Assembly (NCBI GenBank): GCA_013416795.1
Contig: RQSC01001079.1
Coordinates: forward strand, 150,938 to 214,937
Length of the DNA stretch: 64,000 bases
Source: Prasinococcaceae sp. CCMP 1430
Taxonomy: Eukaryota > Plantae > Prasinodermophyta
Direction of reading: 5' to 3'
Positions 33,981 through 45,095 of this stretch are shown here, one piece after another. The notes below the pieces were generated by a model that saw only the letters and a list, made by a program, of their open reading frames with translations, ran no database searches and was not told the origin of the DNA. Both the position numbers and the translations under genes were made by a program. The first letter of the stretch is position 1. Every line of letters starts with the position of its first letter.

Positions 33981-34382
33981 CTACTGCGGCCGCGGCAGGC
34001 CCGCTGAACGCACGAGCGGCTGTAAGAGCAGTTTTGCCTGTACACAGTTGTGCACACGCGGGTTGGCGCACGCACACGGCGGCCATCGCTGCGCTCCCGT
34101 TGTCGAATCGTGCGATGGGGAACGAGGAACGAGCGTGGCAAAGGCTTGTTCGTCGATTGGCTGGGTACAAAGCGGAGGGTGGGGGTGGGGGGGGTGAGAT
34201 TGGTGTGCTCTGTGTGCACATCAAGCCGCACAGCACCTTCCGCGCGGAAGGGGTGCCGACTGCCGTCGGTGCCACACCGACGCCGCGGGACGCGGCGCGC
34301 TCGTGGGGCGAAGCTCCGACCGCGCGAGCGCTCGCATGCTCCGAAATCCTGTGCCTTTACTTCTACTCTATTCTAGCTAGTC

Positions 34383-34694
34383 TCACTTCCTGTAGATGGA
34401 GCCTTTGACGGCCACGCCTTGCGTCGTGACGCCGCCATTCGCCGCGATCTTGTTCACACACCTGTCGGGCTGGAAGGTCTCCTTGGGGTGCTTGGAGTCG
34501 AAGTGGATCTCCATCGTCTTGAGGGACGGCGCGGCCATCATGCAGATGTAGCACTCGAACTTGGAATGGCCCGCCTTGCCGCCCTTGCGGTCCGCTGCGC
34601 CCGCCTTGCCGCCACCCTTGTTCTGCGTCGCGTCCTTGAACTTGTTCGCGAGCTCCTTGGCTGTGTGCTTCTTCGGCTTCGCCTTGCCGCCCAT
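34383..34694 (-). CDS. MBS1: METHYLENE BLUE SENSITIVITY small C2H2 zinc-finger protein (singlet-oxygen signalling)
   Basis: MGGKAKPKKHTAKEL...NKGGGKAG..DR..GGKAGHSKFECYIC...APSLKTMEIHFDSKHPK. Confidence 0.9.
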   Translation of the reverse strand: MGGKAKPKKHTAKELANKFKDATQNKGGGKAGAADRKGGKAGHSKFECYICMMAAPSLKTMEIHFDSKHPKETFQPDRCVNKIAANGGVTTQGVAVKGSIYRK

Positions 34695-35045
34695 ATCTCA
34701 CGGCGGTTCTTCCCTCGCCGGCGTCTCGTGCGCCTGCAGGTGCCCCCGAGGGTGCCGGGCGCTCCGCGCGCGCCCTGTGGCGGCCCCGCGCGCCCGCGCG
34801 CGTTCGTATCCGCATGCGCCGCGGCGGCCGCTGGGTAACAACGGAAACGTCCGGAGGCGCCGCGGCCGAAATCGAAACCGCGAAACCCCAGCGCCGCCGT
34901 AAAACCTCTTCCGTACTTCATTTTGCAATAATACTTGGCGGAATAGACCCTAAACACAACATCAATTGTTGGGGGTTTGGACGCCGCGGCCTCCGGGCGG
35001 GACCAATGGGTTTTGACCTCCATCCGTTCCCCCAACGGCCGGCAC

Positions 35046-36130
35046 ATGGATTTCGTGAGCCGTAAATTACGCAACGCTTTTGGCTCGCGGGCTGCCCGGG
35101 CAGGGGCGGCGGCGAGGGCGAGGGAGGGGGTGGCGAGAGGGGGTGGCTGGGCGGCGCCGCCGGGAGCAACGCCGCTGCGCCCATTTTGTGGAGGGTCCTT
35201 TGCCCGGCACCCCCCCCCCGAGCCGGACTTTGCGCCACAGCGCCGCCCGCGCGCGCGGCGGCGGCGGCGCCACAGCCGGCGGCCGGGTGGGCTCGCGCTC
35301 AGAGCGCTCCCAGGCCGCGCGCGGCGCGCGGCGCAGCGCATGGCGACTTGGCTGCCCGGCACGCTCCGCACGTTTGGCACGCGCGGCGCCAGATCCCCCA
35401 CCGTCCAGCGCCAGCCAGAGCTGGGCCAGGGCGCAAGTGCGGCGCACGAGCGCAGCGCGCTGGCTGCGCGCGTGACCTGCACGCTGAGCAGATTCGCCTC
35501 GCGCGGATGGCGAGTCGGCGCTGACAGGCGTGCGCGCGCGCGGCGTGCGTGACCCCGCAGAATGAGGTGAAACTCACCAAGAACAAGACGACGGCGCCCA
35601 AGATGTCGGTCGCTGCTGCACGCGCCGCGGGTATCGGCACCGAAACTGTGAAGAAGTACGGCGCAGGTGGTAACAGAAGCGCACACTCGGCCAACATGGC
35701 CAGGCTTGAGAACGCTGACGACGTTGGAAGCATCGCCAAGGTGAGCACTGAGACCAAGAAGCTCATCATGCAGGCGCGCATGGCCAAGAAGATGTCGCAG
35801 AAGGACCTGGCCACCGCCATCAATGAGAAGCCGCAGACAATTCAGGAGTACGAGTCGGGGAAGGCCATCCCCAACAACCAGCTGCTGGCCAAGATGGAAA
35901 AGGTGCGTGATGGATGTGAGCTCGCGCGTTTGCGCTTGCATATGCTTAGCTCGCGCGTGGGGCGCGTGCCTCTCGCATCGCACGGGTGCCAACGCGTATC
36001 CCGCCAACTGACGCGGCGCTTGTTGCTCCACCCCACTCCTTGCCGCACTCCCGCTCGCATTCGTACTGGCGCTGTTCGCGCGTAGGTGCTCGGCACGCGC
36101 CTTCGCCCTCCGAAGGGGAAGAAGAAGTAA
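35046..36130 (+). CDS. MBF1: Multiprotein bridging factor 1; exons 35046-35054 (inferred), 35561-35902, 36086-36130
   Basis: ETVKKYGAGGN, IMQARMAKKMSQKDLATAINEKPQTIQEYESGKAIPNNQLLAKMEK|VLGTRLR. Confidence 0.93.
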
Positions 36131-36215
36131 GTTGCCACCTCCGACGCGCGCGCGTTGTGTACACCTTTATTAGTCTACTTAACATGAGAAGCACGGCGGA
36201 GCCCGCGCATCCCGG

Positions 36216-39200
36216 TCACGTGAGGTCTGGGCGGATCTCCGCGATCTTTTTGACGCTTCTCGCGAGAGGGCTGAGATCCCCGTCGTCGTCGCTGCCGTCC
36301 TCGCTAGCTTGCAGCTGCTGCGCGCGTGAAACACCGCTGCCCGATGCTGGATCCTCGCCCTGGTAAGATTTGCGTCCGTCAGCCGAGCCGACCTTGAGTT
36401 CTCTCACCTCCTCTTTGAGCTCGACGATGGCCTCCATAATCTGGCGAATGTATTCGCCCGGCGTGAGCACATCACTCTCAATCGCCTGCGAGCTTGTGAG
36501 CGACGACTGCGAGCTCCCAAGAGCGGCGAGCATGGATTGGTTTGCAGTGCTCGTACGCTCGAGCTGATGCGTGCGGCTCTTGATGATCGATATCTCCGTG
36601 CTGAGCTCTCTGCGCAGCCCGCCAATGGCCTCGAGCACAGTCATCGTGGAGCGATCCGAGTAGTCAGCGGCGTCGAAGATGCTGGAAATGCGCCGTTGAT
36701 TGCTGCGACACCGGAAGCCCCGCCAGTATCGCTGGATGGTGACTGCAGACGCCGTGAGCAGCTCTTGCTCCTGCTCGTCGTTCCGCTGGATGCTGATGAG
36801 CTTGTGGAAGTAAAACTCGGCGCGGCCGCTGACGCCCAAGCCTGCAGGGGGGGCGCGCATGCCCTGCTCGATCCACTTGTTTGCCTTGACGTAGGCGTGC
36901 ACCTCCGTGCGAAAGATATGCTTCAGCGCGGCGGAACGCATCTGGTCCTGCACTTCGGGATAGTTGGTGAGGATGGCCTGCAGGGTGGCCCTGTCAAGGC
37001 TGAGCACCACGCTCCAAGTGAGCGCCGTGGCTCGGTAATACCTGACCATGGTGCCGTCCCTATTGGCAATCATGTCAATCCCCAGCACGTTCAAGCCGCT
37101 CGCCGACAGAATGCGCCCGTCAGCGGCCACCACGCCCTTGCGCACAACGTGGAGCTGATCGGCATACTCGCCCTCCTGGATGACGAGCTCCATGGGTGCG
37201 AAGGTATGGCTCGACATGGCCATAGACAGTTCTGTGCAGAGCTCTTGTGGTATGCCTTGGAAGAAGGGCACGCTCGTTATCCAGCCCGAGTTGATGTGCT
37301 TAGCCACCGCGTTGCGCAGCGGCGGTGACATGCGATTGAGCAGCTGATGCACCGTCTCGGTGTCTGCGGTCTGGTGCACGTAGCGAAAGTACTCGCGCAA
37401 CTGCGCGCGCAGCTCTTGCGGCAGGTGCTGCGTCTCGGAGAAGGTGTTGAGCTCGTCCATCAGCTGGAAGAAGTGCGTCTCGCGCTCGTTGCGCGCCGTC
37501 AGAATGGCCGTAATCGAACCGACGATGTACCCGAAGAAGTACGCGCCGAGGATCATGAGGAAGCAGGCGAAGTAGCGCTCGGAGGGCGTGACGGGCACCA
37601 AGTCACCGTAGCCAACCGAGGTGAGAGTTTTGATGGAAAAGTACAGCGCGGCCGAGTACTCGCTCGCGTGGTGCTCGAGCTCGGGCGCGTCGCGCGAGGC
37701 AAGCGAGTTGGAGTAGGCGTCGAGCCACGAAAATTCGGCGTTCTCGATATCGACCATGAAGCGCCACATGCAGGCCATCCAGTGGCACACGAGCGCGGTG
37801 AGCGTCAAGAAGCGCGCCATGGTGGTGGCCACGTAGTCGAGCGCAAAAGCGCTCTCCAGGCGCTGCAGCACCCGCCCCGCTCGCAGAATGCGCAGCAATT
37901 TGGCCAGGCGAAGCAGGCGCAACAGGCGCAACCCGCGCAGGCTGTCCAGCTTGTCGGAGCTCATCATGAGGGAGATGCAGTCGAATGGCAGGAAGGAGAT
38001 CACGTCGACGGCGAACCACGTGCGCAGGTAGCGCGCGCGGATGGATTCGCGGTCCTTCACCCACATGCCGCTCTGTGAGTCGAAGAACTTCAGGTTGAAA
38101 TTGACCACGATGTCGCACAGGAAGAATAAATCGACCACGCGGTTGACGAAGAAGAGGGCGTTGATCTTCGTCTCCAGGAAAGAGATCTCGTAAGGCGTGA
38201 CTGTCGAGGTAAAGAAAAGCGCGACCAACGAGGAGAGGTCCCAGTAGCGCATGAAAGTCGACAGAGGATCAAGCACCGATCGCAGCGTGAAGCATCGCGT
38301 GCATTTGCTCGCGGTGCGCATAGGCTCCAGGCCGAGCAGACTCGAAGAGCGCCGCGACGAGGCGCCTCCGCGAGTCGCACCATCCGTGCTGCCACCTTCA
38401 TCGCCATCGTCACGCTCGGCGGCCTCGGTGCCCTCCGGAAGGTCCCACGTCTGGCGTGCCGGACTTTCGCCGCTTGGCACGCCAAACACTTTTCGCTCCG
38501 TTCCGAGCTGGTAGCGCACGTTGCGTGGCACGTTTAACTCGTTGACGTCTACCGCACGCCTCATGAAGCTCTCCCTGCTGCTATACTTTGGTACTTCTGA
38601 GCCCTTCGAAGGCGCTGGGGCGCCGCCGATGGTGCCAGCATCACCGCCGCCGCCACCGCCATCAAGCATTGACGGCACCTCGTTGGGCACAGCAAGGACA
38701 CTTGGGGGACCTCCCATGCTGCTCGACAAGCCGCTTGCGCTGCCGTGTGCGCTGCCACGCTCGCCGGCGCCGGCTACACGCAGCCGCTGGCGCGCCGACG
38801 AGCGCGCCGAGTTGAGCTCCTTGGAGCTGACCATGTCCACCTCATCTGCTGCTGGGTGCTCGGCGGCGGTGCTCCCGTCGTCGACATAGTAGCTAGGTTG
38901 CTTGCCATGGGCCTTCAGCGGGAGACGCAACGCGGGGACGCTCGGCGGCACGCCACGCTGCAGCACTCGTTCTAACAACTGTGGCACGACGCTTTGCTGC
39001 GGCGGCTGCTGCAGCGGCTGCTGTCCTCGTGTACCGCTTCTCGCGCTCGCGGCGTCTGTCTCGCTCGGCTGTGCACCGAGCGGGTTCACCGCCGCAGCAG
39101 CTCCGCCGTACACCCCACTGCCTTTCGCCACCGACATGCTCGTTTCGGCCTCACTGCGGGGCAGGTCGGACGCGTCTGCGTCCGCGCGGCCGCCGGGTGC

Positions 39201-39227
39201 GGCATCCGCCTGGTGCTGCTCGGACAT
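36216..39227 (-). CDS. Voltage-gated K+ channel with a cyclic-nucleotide-binding domain (EAG/HCN-like) and an IQ motif
   Basis: S4 LRGLRLLRLLRLAKLLRILR, pore TLTSVGYGD, C-linker and CNBD (VPFF, VIQEGE), and IQRYWRG. Confidence 0.93.
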   Translation of the reverse strand: MSEQHQADAAPGGRADADASDLPRSEAETSMSVAKGSGVYGGAAAAVNPLGAQPSETDAASARSGTRGQQPLQQPPQQSVVPQLLERVLQRGVPPSVPALRLPLKAHGKQPSYYVDDGSTAAEHPAADEVDMVSSKELNSARSSARQRLRVAGAGERGSAHGSASGLSSSMGGPPSVLAVPNEVPSMLDGGGGGGDAGTIGGAPAPSKGSEVPKYSSRESFMRRAVDVNELNVPRNVRYQLGTERKVFGVPSGESPARQTWDLPEGTEAAERDDGDEGGSTDGATRGGASSRRSSSLLGLEPMRTASKCTRCFTLRSVLDPLSTFMRYWDLSSLVALFFTSTVTPYEISFLETKINALFFVNRVVDLFFLCDIVVNFNLKFFDSQSGMWVKDRESIRARYLRTWFAVDVISFLPFDCISLMMSSDKLDSLRGLRLLRLLRLAKLLRILRAGRVLQRLESAFALDYVATTMARFLTLTALVCHWMACMWRFMVDIENAEFSWLDAYSNSLASRDAPELEHHASEYSAALYFSIKTLTSVGYGDLVPVTPSERYFACFLMILGAYFFGYIVGSITAILTARNERETHFFQLMDELNTFSETQHLPQELRAQLREYFRYVHQTADTETVHQLLNRMSPPLRNAVAKHINSGWITSVPFFQGIPQELCTELSMAMSSHTFAPMELVIQEGEYADQLHVVRKGVVAADGRILSASGLNVLGIDMIANRDGTMVRYYRATALTWSVVLSLDRATLQAILTNYPEVQDQMRSAALKHIFRTEVHAYVKANKWIEQGMRAPPAGLGVSGRAEFYFHKLISIQRNDEQEQELLTASAVTIQRYWRGFRCRSNQRRISSIFDAADYSDRSTMTVLEAIGGLRRELSTEISIIKSRTHQLERTSTANQSMLAALGSSQSSLTSSQAIESDVLTPGEYIRQIMEAIVELKEEVRELKVGSADGRKSYQGEDPASGSGVSRAQQLQASEDGSDDDGDLSPLARSVKKIAEIRPDLT

Positions 39228-39764
39228 CCCGCAGCAGCACGTAGCGCAGCGCGGCGCAGCGCGGCGCGGCGCGGCGCGGCGCGCGCGTCGAATGGACCAC
39301 GCATCGAGCCCGGGCCCTCCTAAGCCCTCCTCCAGCTGCGCGCGCGTGCATGCCGCTCCCCGCCTGCGCCGCGCCTGCAGCCGGGCATGACCGCGTACGC
39401 GCACCCTCGGGGAACGACGCCAAGTTACGTTGGAATTTCGCGACATGCTCTGCATTTTCGCGACGTTCACATGAACCTTTGTGACATGCAGAACCAGATT
39501 CACCACCATGACAACCGTGAAATGACCTGGCTCACCGGTAACAACGCGTCGTCAGACAACGACGTCGCAACGGCTGCGATCGCCGGCAGGTGATTTCAGG
39601 CCGTCGTGACCTAGCGGCGCGCGCGCGTCCCATCCCCACTGTGGGCAGAGGGGATCGTCGACCCACATCGATTCCGCCGCGGCCTGCGTCCGCACTGAGG
39701 ATTTGATCGCATTTCGAATTTTTCGGTTCTGCTCTCGAATACCCATCTTTCCGCGTTTTGGAGC

Positions 39765-42700
39765 ATGCTCAGCAGCCAGCACAGCCGGTGGCCGGTGCCA
39801 TCAAACTGCATGCGACGCCCGACCAGGGCGGCGCCGGCGATGTGGGGGAACGGACGGGTGCGGAGCAGGAGGGCTCGAGGGGGCACAGCGTGCGCCGGCC
39901 GCGGCGATGGAGAGTGGCCGCGCGGCGCGCGCTCTTGCGGCGCGTGTCACGGCGGCGCAGCGCGCGGATCGCCAGCGCCAGGCGCGCCGCTAAAGCCGTT
40001 CGCGCGCGGGCAGCAGCAGGCCAATGGTGAGGCGCACGCGCACGCCGCGCATGCGCACGCCGCGATCGCGCCCTCGCCAATCGCCGCAGCGCAGCACGCC
40101 GCGGCGGGTGCGCCTGCGGTGTCCCAGGGCGGGGCGGTCATCCCGTCCGACGCGGGCGTCCCAGCACACGCAGGGGTGGCTTTCGGTCAGAGTCCCGCGC
40201 ATGCCCAAATTGAGGGGCGCCTCGCGCGCGCCGAGGCGACGATCCGCCAGCTGCGCAGCGACGGGAGGCACAAGGACCACGCCATTAGGCTGCTCGAGAT
40301 GGTGAAGCAGACGCTCATGAAGCGGTTGACGGATTACGGGGTGCTCGCGGATGCGGAGGACATCGTGCGCGCGACGTCAAAGCTCGACTCGACGCTCGGG
40401 GGGGCTCTTGCGACCGGAATTGGCGCCAAAGCCGAGGTGCAACTGCGCTCCGTCATCCCGGCGGGACTCATGGATGAGCTCCGCGCAGAGGGTGCGCGCG
40501 CCGAGACGGAGCGGCTGACGATTGAGCTCACAGAGTCGCTGGGTGAGGAGGCACGCGAGATGGCCGCCAAAGAGGTTGCCGAGGCGCTGCGCCAGAAGGA
40601 TGCTGCCCTCGCCGACGCACAGCGGGGCTCGGCGGCTCTCTCGAAGGAGCTTGAGGCTCTCAGGAGGAGCGCAGAGGAGGCCGCGGCATTGCTCGAGGAG
40701 AGCCGAGCTGAGGCGCGATCCGCCGTCGTAGCCGAAGCACGAGCGAATGCCATCGCTGAGGAGGGCCGGCGCATCGCCGACGAGCGAGACGAGCTCGAAC
40801 GCCAGCTCGAGGATGCCAGGGCCGAGGCAGCCAACGCCCAGGATGAGTGCGCGCGCCGCGTGCGGGAGACTGAGGCCGCCGGCACTAGCCTCGCTGCCGA
40901 GAGCGAGCGTGCGGCAGCAGACCTCGCCGATGAACGCTCGCAGTGGGAGGCCAAAATGGCAGCGGCCGAACACCTCGAGGCTGCACGCACCGAAGCGATT
41001 GCAAGGCTTGAGGCTCAACTCGCCGAGGAGAAGCAGGGCGTGTCAGCCTTGTCCGCGAAGCTTGAGCTAGCAGAGGGCGAGGGTGCTGCATTGCGCGAGC
41101 GCTGCGACGCCGTCTCGCTCGAGCTCGAGGCGGCCTATGCATACGACGCCTTTCGGCTGGAATCAGGCAAGCAGCAGCTACAGCTCTGCCTCAGAAACGC
41201 GCACAAGCGCAAGCTGAAGCGGCAGCTCAAGCTGCTCCAGCGGGCGGCCTCGCGCGCGCGCGCGCTGCGGCCAGTGCTGCTGTGCCGCGTTCGCAGGGAG
41301 TACCAGGGCGCGCTCGACAGGGCAAAGGCGCGCGAGCGGGCACTCAAACGCGGCATGGCTGGGGCGGAGAGAGCACTGCTCGCTGGCGCGCGACGAGCTG
41401 CGAAGGTTGATGAGGACGCACAAACTGCGCGCCACGCTCTCAGCCTGGCGAAAGCGACCTTCGAGACCGACTTGCAACTCGCGGAGCAGAGGAGAGAGGA
41501 CGCCCTCGAAGCCCTCGCCGCCGAGAGAGACGCCGCTCTCGAGGCGGCTGCGGCCGAAAAAGACAGCGAGGTCGCAGGGCTCAGGACTGAGGTGGCGCGT
41601 CTGGAGGGCAACCTGGAATCGACGCATGCAGATCTCGAGAAGAGCGCCACGCTGAACGAGAGTCTGCGTGAACGGCTCATCCGCGCCGAGCGTGGGCATT
41701 CAGAGACCTCCGCGGTGCTCTCGAGCGAGCTCGAAACGACCAATGCCGCCTTAGAGCGCACCTCCGCAGATCTTGCAACAGTAGCTGCCGAGCGGGACGA
41801 GGCCAACTCGCGCGCGGACGACGCTGAGCACGCCGCCCAAGAGGCCGGCCTAAAGGAAGAAATCGCGCGCGCCGAGATCAAGATGCACCTCGCCGCCCTC
41901 GAGGTTGCGGCGCGTGAGGTCCGCGAAGCCCAAGAGCGCGAATCGGCGGAGAGGGAAGGAGCACGTAAGGCCGAGGAGGCGCGCGCTGTCCAGTCCGCCG
42001 CTCGTGCGGTCGCCGAAGCAGCGGTCTCAGAAGCGGAGGCGCGCGCAAAGGCCGCCGAGGCGGCGGCTGAAGCAGCAATCGGCGAGCAGCAGGCGGGCGC
42101 TGTGCGCGAGGCGCACCTGGGGGAGCGCGCCTTCGCCAGCGCCGCCAAGGCAGTCGAGGCGGACGCTCGCGCGAGTGAGGCTGAAGGGGCACGCTCCGAG
42201 GCCGAAAGGCTCATGGCTGACGCCGAAGCGCGTGCAAATGTGGCGGATCATAAAGCTACACAGGCGGTCGAGGCGGCCGGTGAGGCTCGAGCAGAGGCCA
42301 AGGCCGCTGATGCACGCGCGGCTGCGGCGCGTCAGATCGCCGATGCGGCACACGAGGCCGAGGCCACGGCCACAGCGCGAGCCGCCGCACTGGAGGAGGC
42401 CGCCAAGGTGGACGAGGCCGCGCGAGCGGAGCTCAATGCTGCACTCGCACGTGGGCGCGAGGAGATCGAGACTCTTGTGGCGCGCATCGCGCAGCTTTCA
42501 GAGGAGCTCTCCGTCACCGAGAAGGCGCGAGTTGAAGCCATTGACTGTGCTGCTGTCGCTGAGCAGCGCACGGCTGTGGCTGAGGCTGCGCGTGACGAGG
42601 AGGCGAGCGCGCGCGCCGCCGCAGACGCGTTGTCCGCGGAGCAGGCATCTAAGCGCGCCGCGGCAGAGCGCGAGCTGTCCATGGCAAACGCCGCCAAGGC

Positions 42701-45024
42701 TGGCATTCAAGATCAGCTGGATGGTGCCCTCAAACGGCTGCGTGCGGAGCAGGATGAGCTCGAGAGCATGCTGGAGAAGCTGGAGGTCGCAATGAAATAC
42801 AACATTGAGCTGGAAGAGGCCAAGGAGGCCGCACTTGAGGAGGCCAACTCGCTTCAGAAGACACTTGAAGCCGCCGATGCGCGCGCGTCCAAGGCGGAAG
42901 GGCGCGCTAACATGCTCAAGGACCAGCTGCAGCTAGCACAGGAGGAGCTGGAAGCCTCGCGCGCGGACATGATCGATGCCGTCGAGCAGGAGAAGGACAG
43001 GGCACGTGCAGAGGAACAGTACGCCAGCCTGGCGAGGAAGCTGGAGGAGATGCAAGCGGAGTACGTTGCGGCCGCTGAGAGCACAGCACATGAGTACGCG
43101 GCGTCAATCGAGGCGTTGAAGGCAGCCTCAGAGAATGCAGTCGCGGAAGCGCAGGAAGGCCTCAAGCGCGAACTTGAGGCGCAGCGCCTGCGCGTCGCTG
43201 AGGCCGAGCTCGAGGCCCAGCGCTTCAAGGGCGAGGCGTCGGCTGCAAAGCAGGAGGTCGAAGCCGCCGCAAAGGCCCTAGCAGAGGCCGAAACGGGCGC
43301 TTTAGCCACCGCGATGGACTCCGCGATGGGCGCCGAGGCCGCGGAGGAGCGCTGCGCTGGTCTGCGTGCTGCGCTCGCGGACGCACAGATGCGCTCCAGC
43401 GAGTGCGCCCGCGCAGCTGCCGAAGCTGAAGATGCGCGCGACCAGGCGCTTGCAGAGCGCGCAACGGCGGTGGGCCAGCGCGAAGAGCTGGAAGTCACGC
43501 TCCGTCGGGTCGAGCGCGCAGGAGCCGCGCAGGAGGAGCTGGGAAGGCGCCTTATGGAGGACGAGCGTGCCACGCGCGAAGTCGCAAACAAGGTGCGCCG
43601 CGGCCCACTCGCACTGCTTTGGTGACCGAAAGCGCTCACTCTTCGCTCTGAAAGCGCGCACGCTGCCATGCATGAGCTCCTGAACTGACCCGCACTCTTG
43701 ACTACCCAGGCTGAAGAGCGCGCACGGATCGCTGAGGATGCTGCGGCTGCTGCAGCAGAGAAAACCGAGGCAGCCCTCGAGGACGCACGGGTGGCGACCG
43801 CCCGGCTGGAGGAGGCCCGCGCGGTGGCAGCAAGTGCTCGTGCGGCCGCTGAGCGCTCCGAGGCCGCGCGTGCTGCCGCCGCCGAGCGCGCTGGTGCGGC
43901 TGAAGCCAACGCACGTGCAGCCAGCGACGAGGCCGCCAAGCTTGCAAGACAGCTGAGCGAAGCAGGAGAAGCAAAGGTCGAGGGCGAGACCGAAGCTGCC
44001 GTGGCGCCGCGCGAGCTCGGCGAGGCCGAGAAAGTGCCGGCGATGACGACATCGGAAAGCACGGACACTAACGCGCTAAAGCAGCACAGCGCAGATAGTG
44101 AGCGCAGCCCAGAGAGTGAGCTCGACTCGGCGGACTCTGGCTCTGAGCAGGTGATTGACAAGGCTGAGGCGGCGGCTTTGAAGGACGAATACCACGCGCT
44201 CAGCGAACAAGTGCGGATCCTGGTCGCTGAGAAGCAGGAGCTGGAGGACCAGCTGGATGCGATCGCCGATCGTGTGGAGGAGCGGCAGCGCGTGGCAGAC
44301 GCGCAGGCCGAGGTTGATGAAGTGCGCTCGCTCTATGTGCGGGTTACGAGTGAGCTTGAAGTGACGCGCAGTGAGCTTGAGCAGTCCAAGCTGGCCCTCA
44401 AAAGCGCCGAGGCTGAGCTCGTAGAGGCTCGTGAGAGCGAAGAGGAAGCCGCAGCCGCCGCGCGTCTGGCCAGCGCCTCGCGGGCTGCGGCCATGAGCGA
44501 GACGGGCCCAATCGTGGACCTCGAGGTCGATGGACCAAGGGGCCCTGTGCCAGGCTGGAGCCGTGACGCTGTGCAGCTCGTCTCGAGGGCCGTGAATCAA
44601 CTCGCCGAGCTCGACACGCGGCACGCGGAACTCATGCGGGCCATCAACGCCATGAAGCGTAAGCTGCAGGCGCGCGACGACAGGGATCTCAACGCGCTCG
44701 ACCGTTGGCAGCTCATCAGCGCGATGAATGCGCTGATAGACCCGGTGCGTCGGCCAATGCTGCTGGGTGACGCTGCGCGAGGCGTGCGGGGCGGCGCATC
44801 TTGCTCGTGTCGCACTTCGACTGACGCGCCCTCACTCGCGTGCACGACGCGCACGATTACGCATCGTCCATTGGCACGCGTTGCAGTGCGCCGAATTTCA
44901 GAAGAAGCTTCAGGTGCTGCTCGACGAGTTGCGCAGTGGGCGCTCGTACTCGCGCCACCGGCAGCGCCGCGCGCCCGCGTCCGCGTCCGCGACTCGGACG
45001 AAACCGAAGCTGACGCATCAATGA
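39765..45024 (+). CDS. Very long Ala/Glu-rich coiled-coil protein. Exons ~39765-43592, 43710-44744, 44887-45024; start uncertain
   Basis: More than 1200 codons of heptad-like sequence. GT-AG junctions keep the frame. No family recognised. Confidence 0.75.
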
Positions 45025-45095
45025 CGTCCAAGAGCGTAGTCTCGCGCCTCTGGAAACCATGTATTGTAGTGCTATGTACAAAAATGACATTTTCC

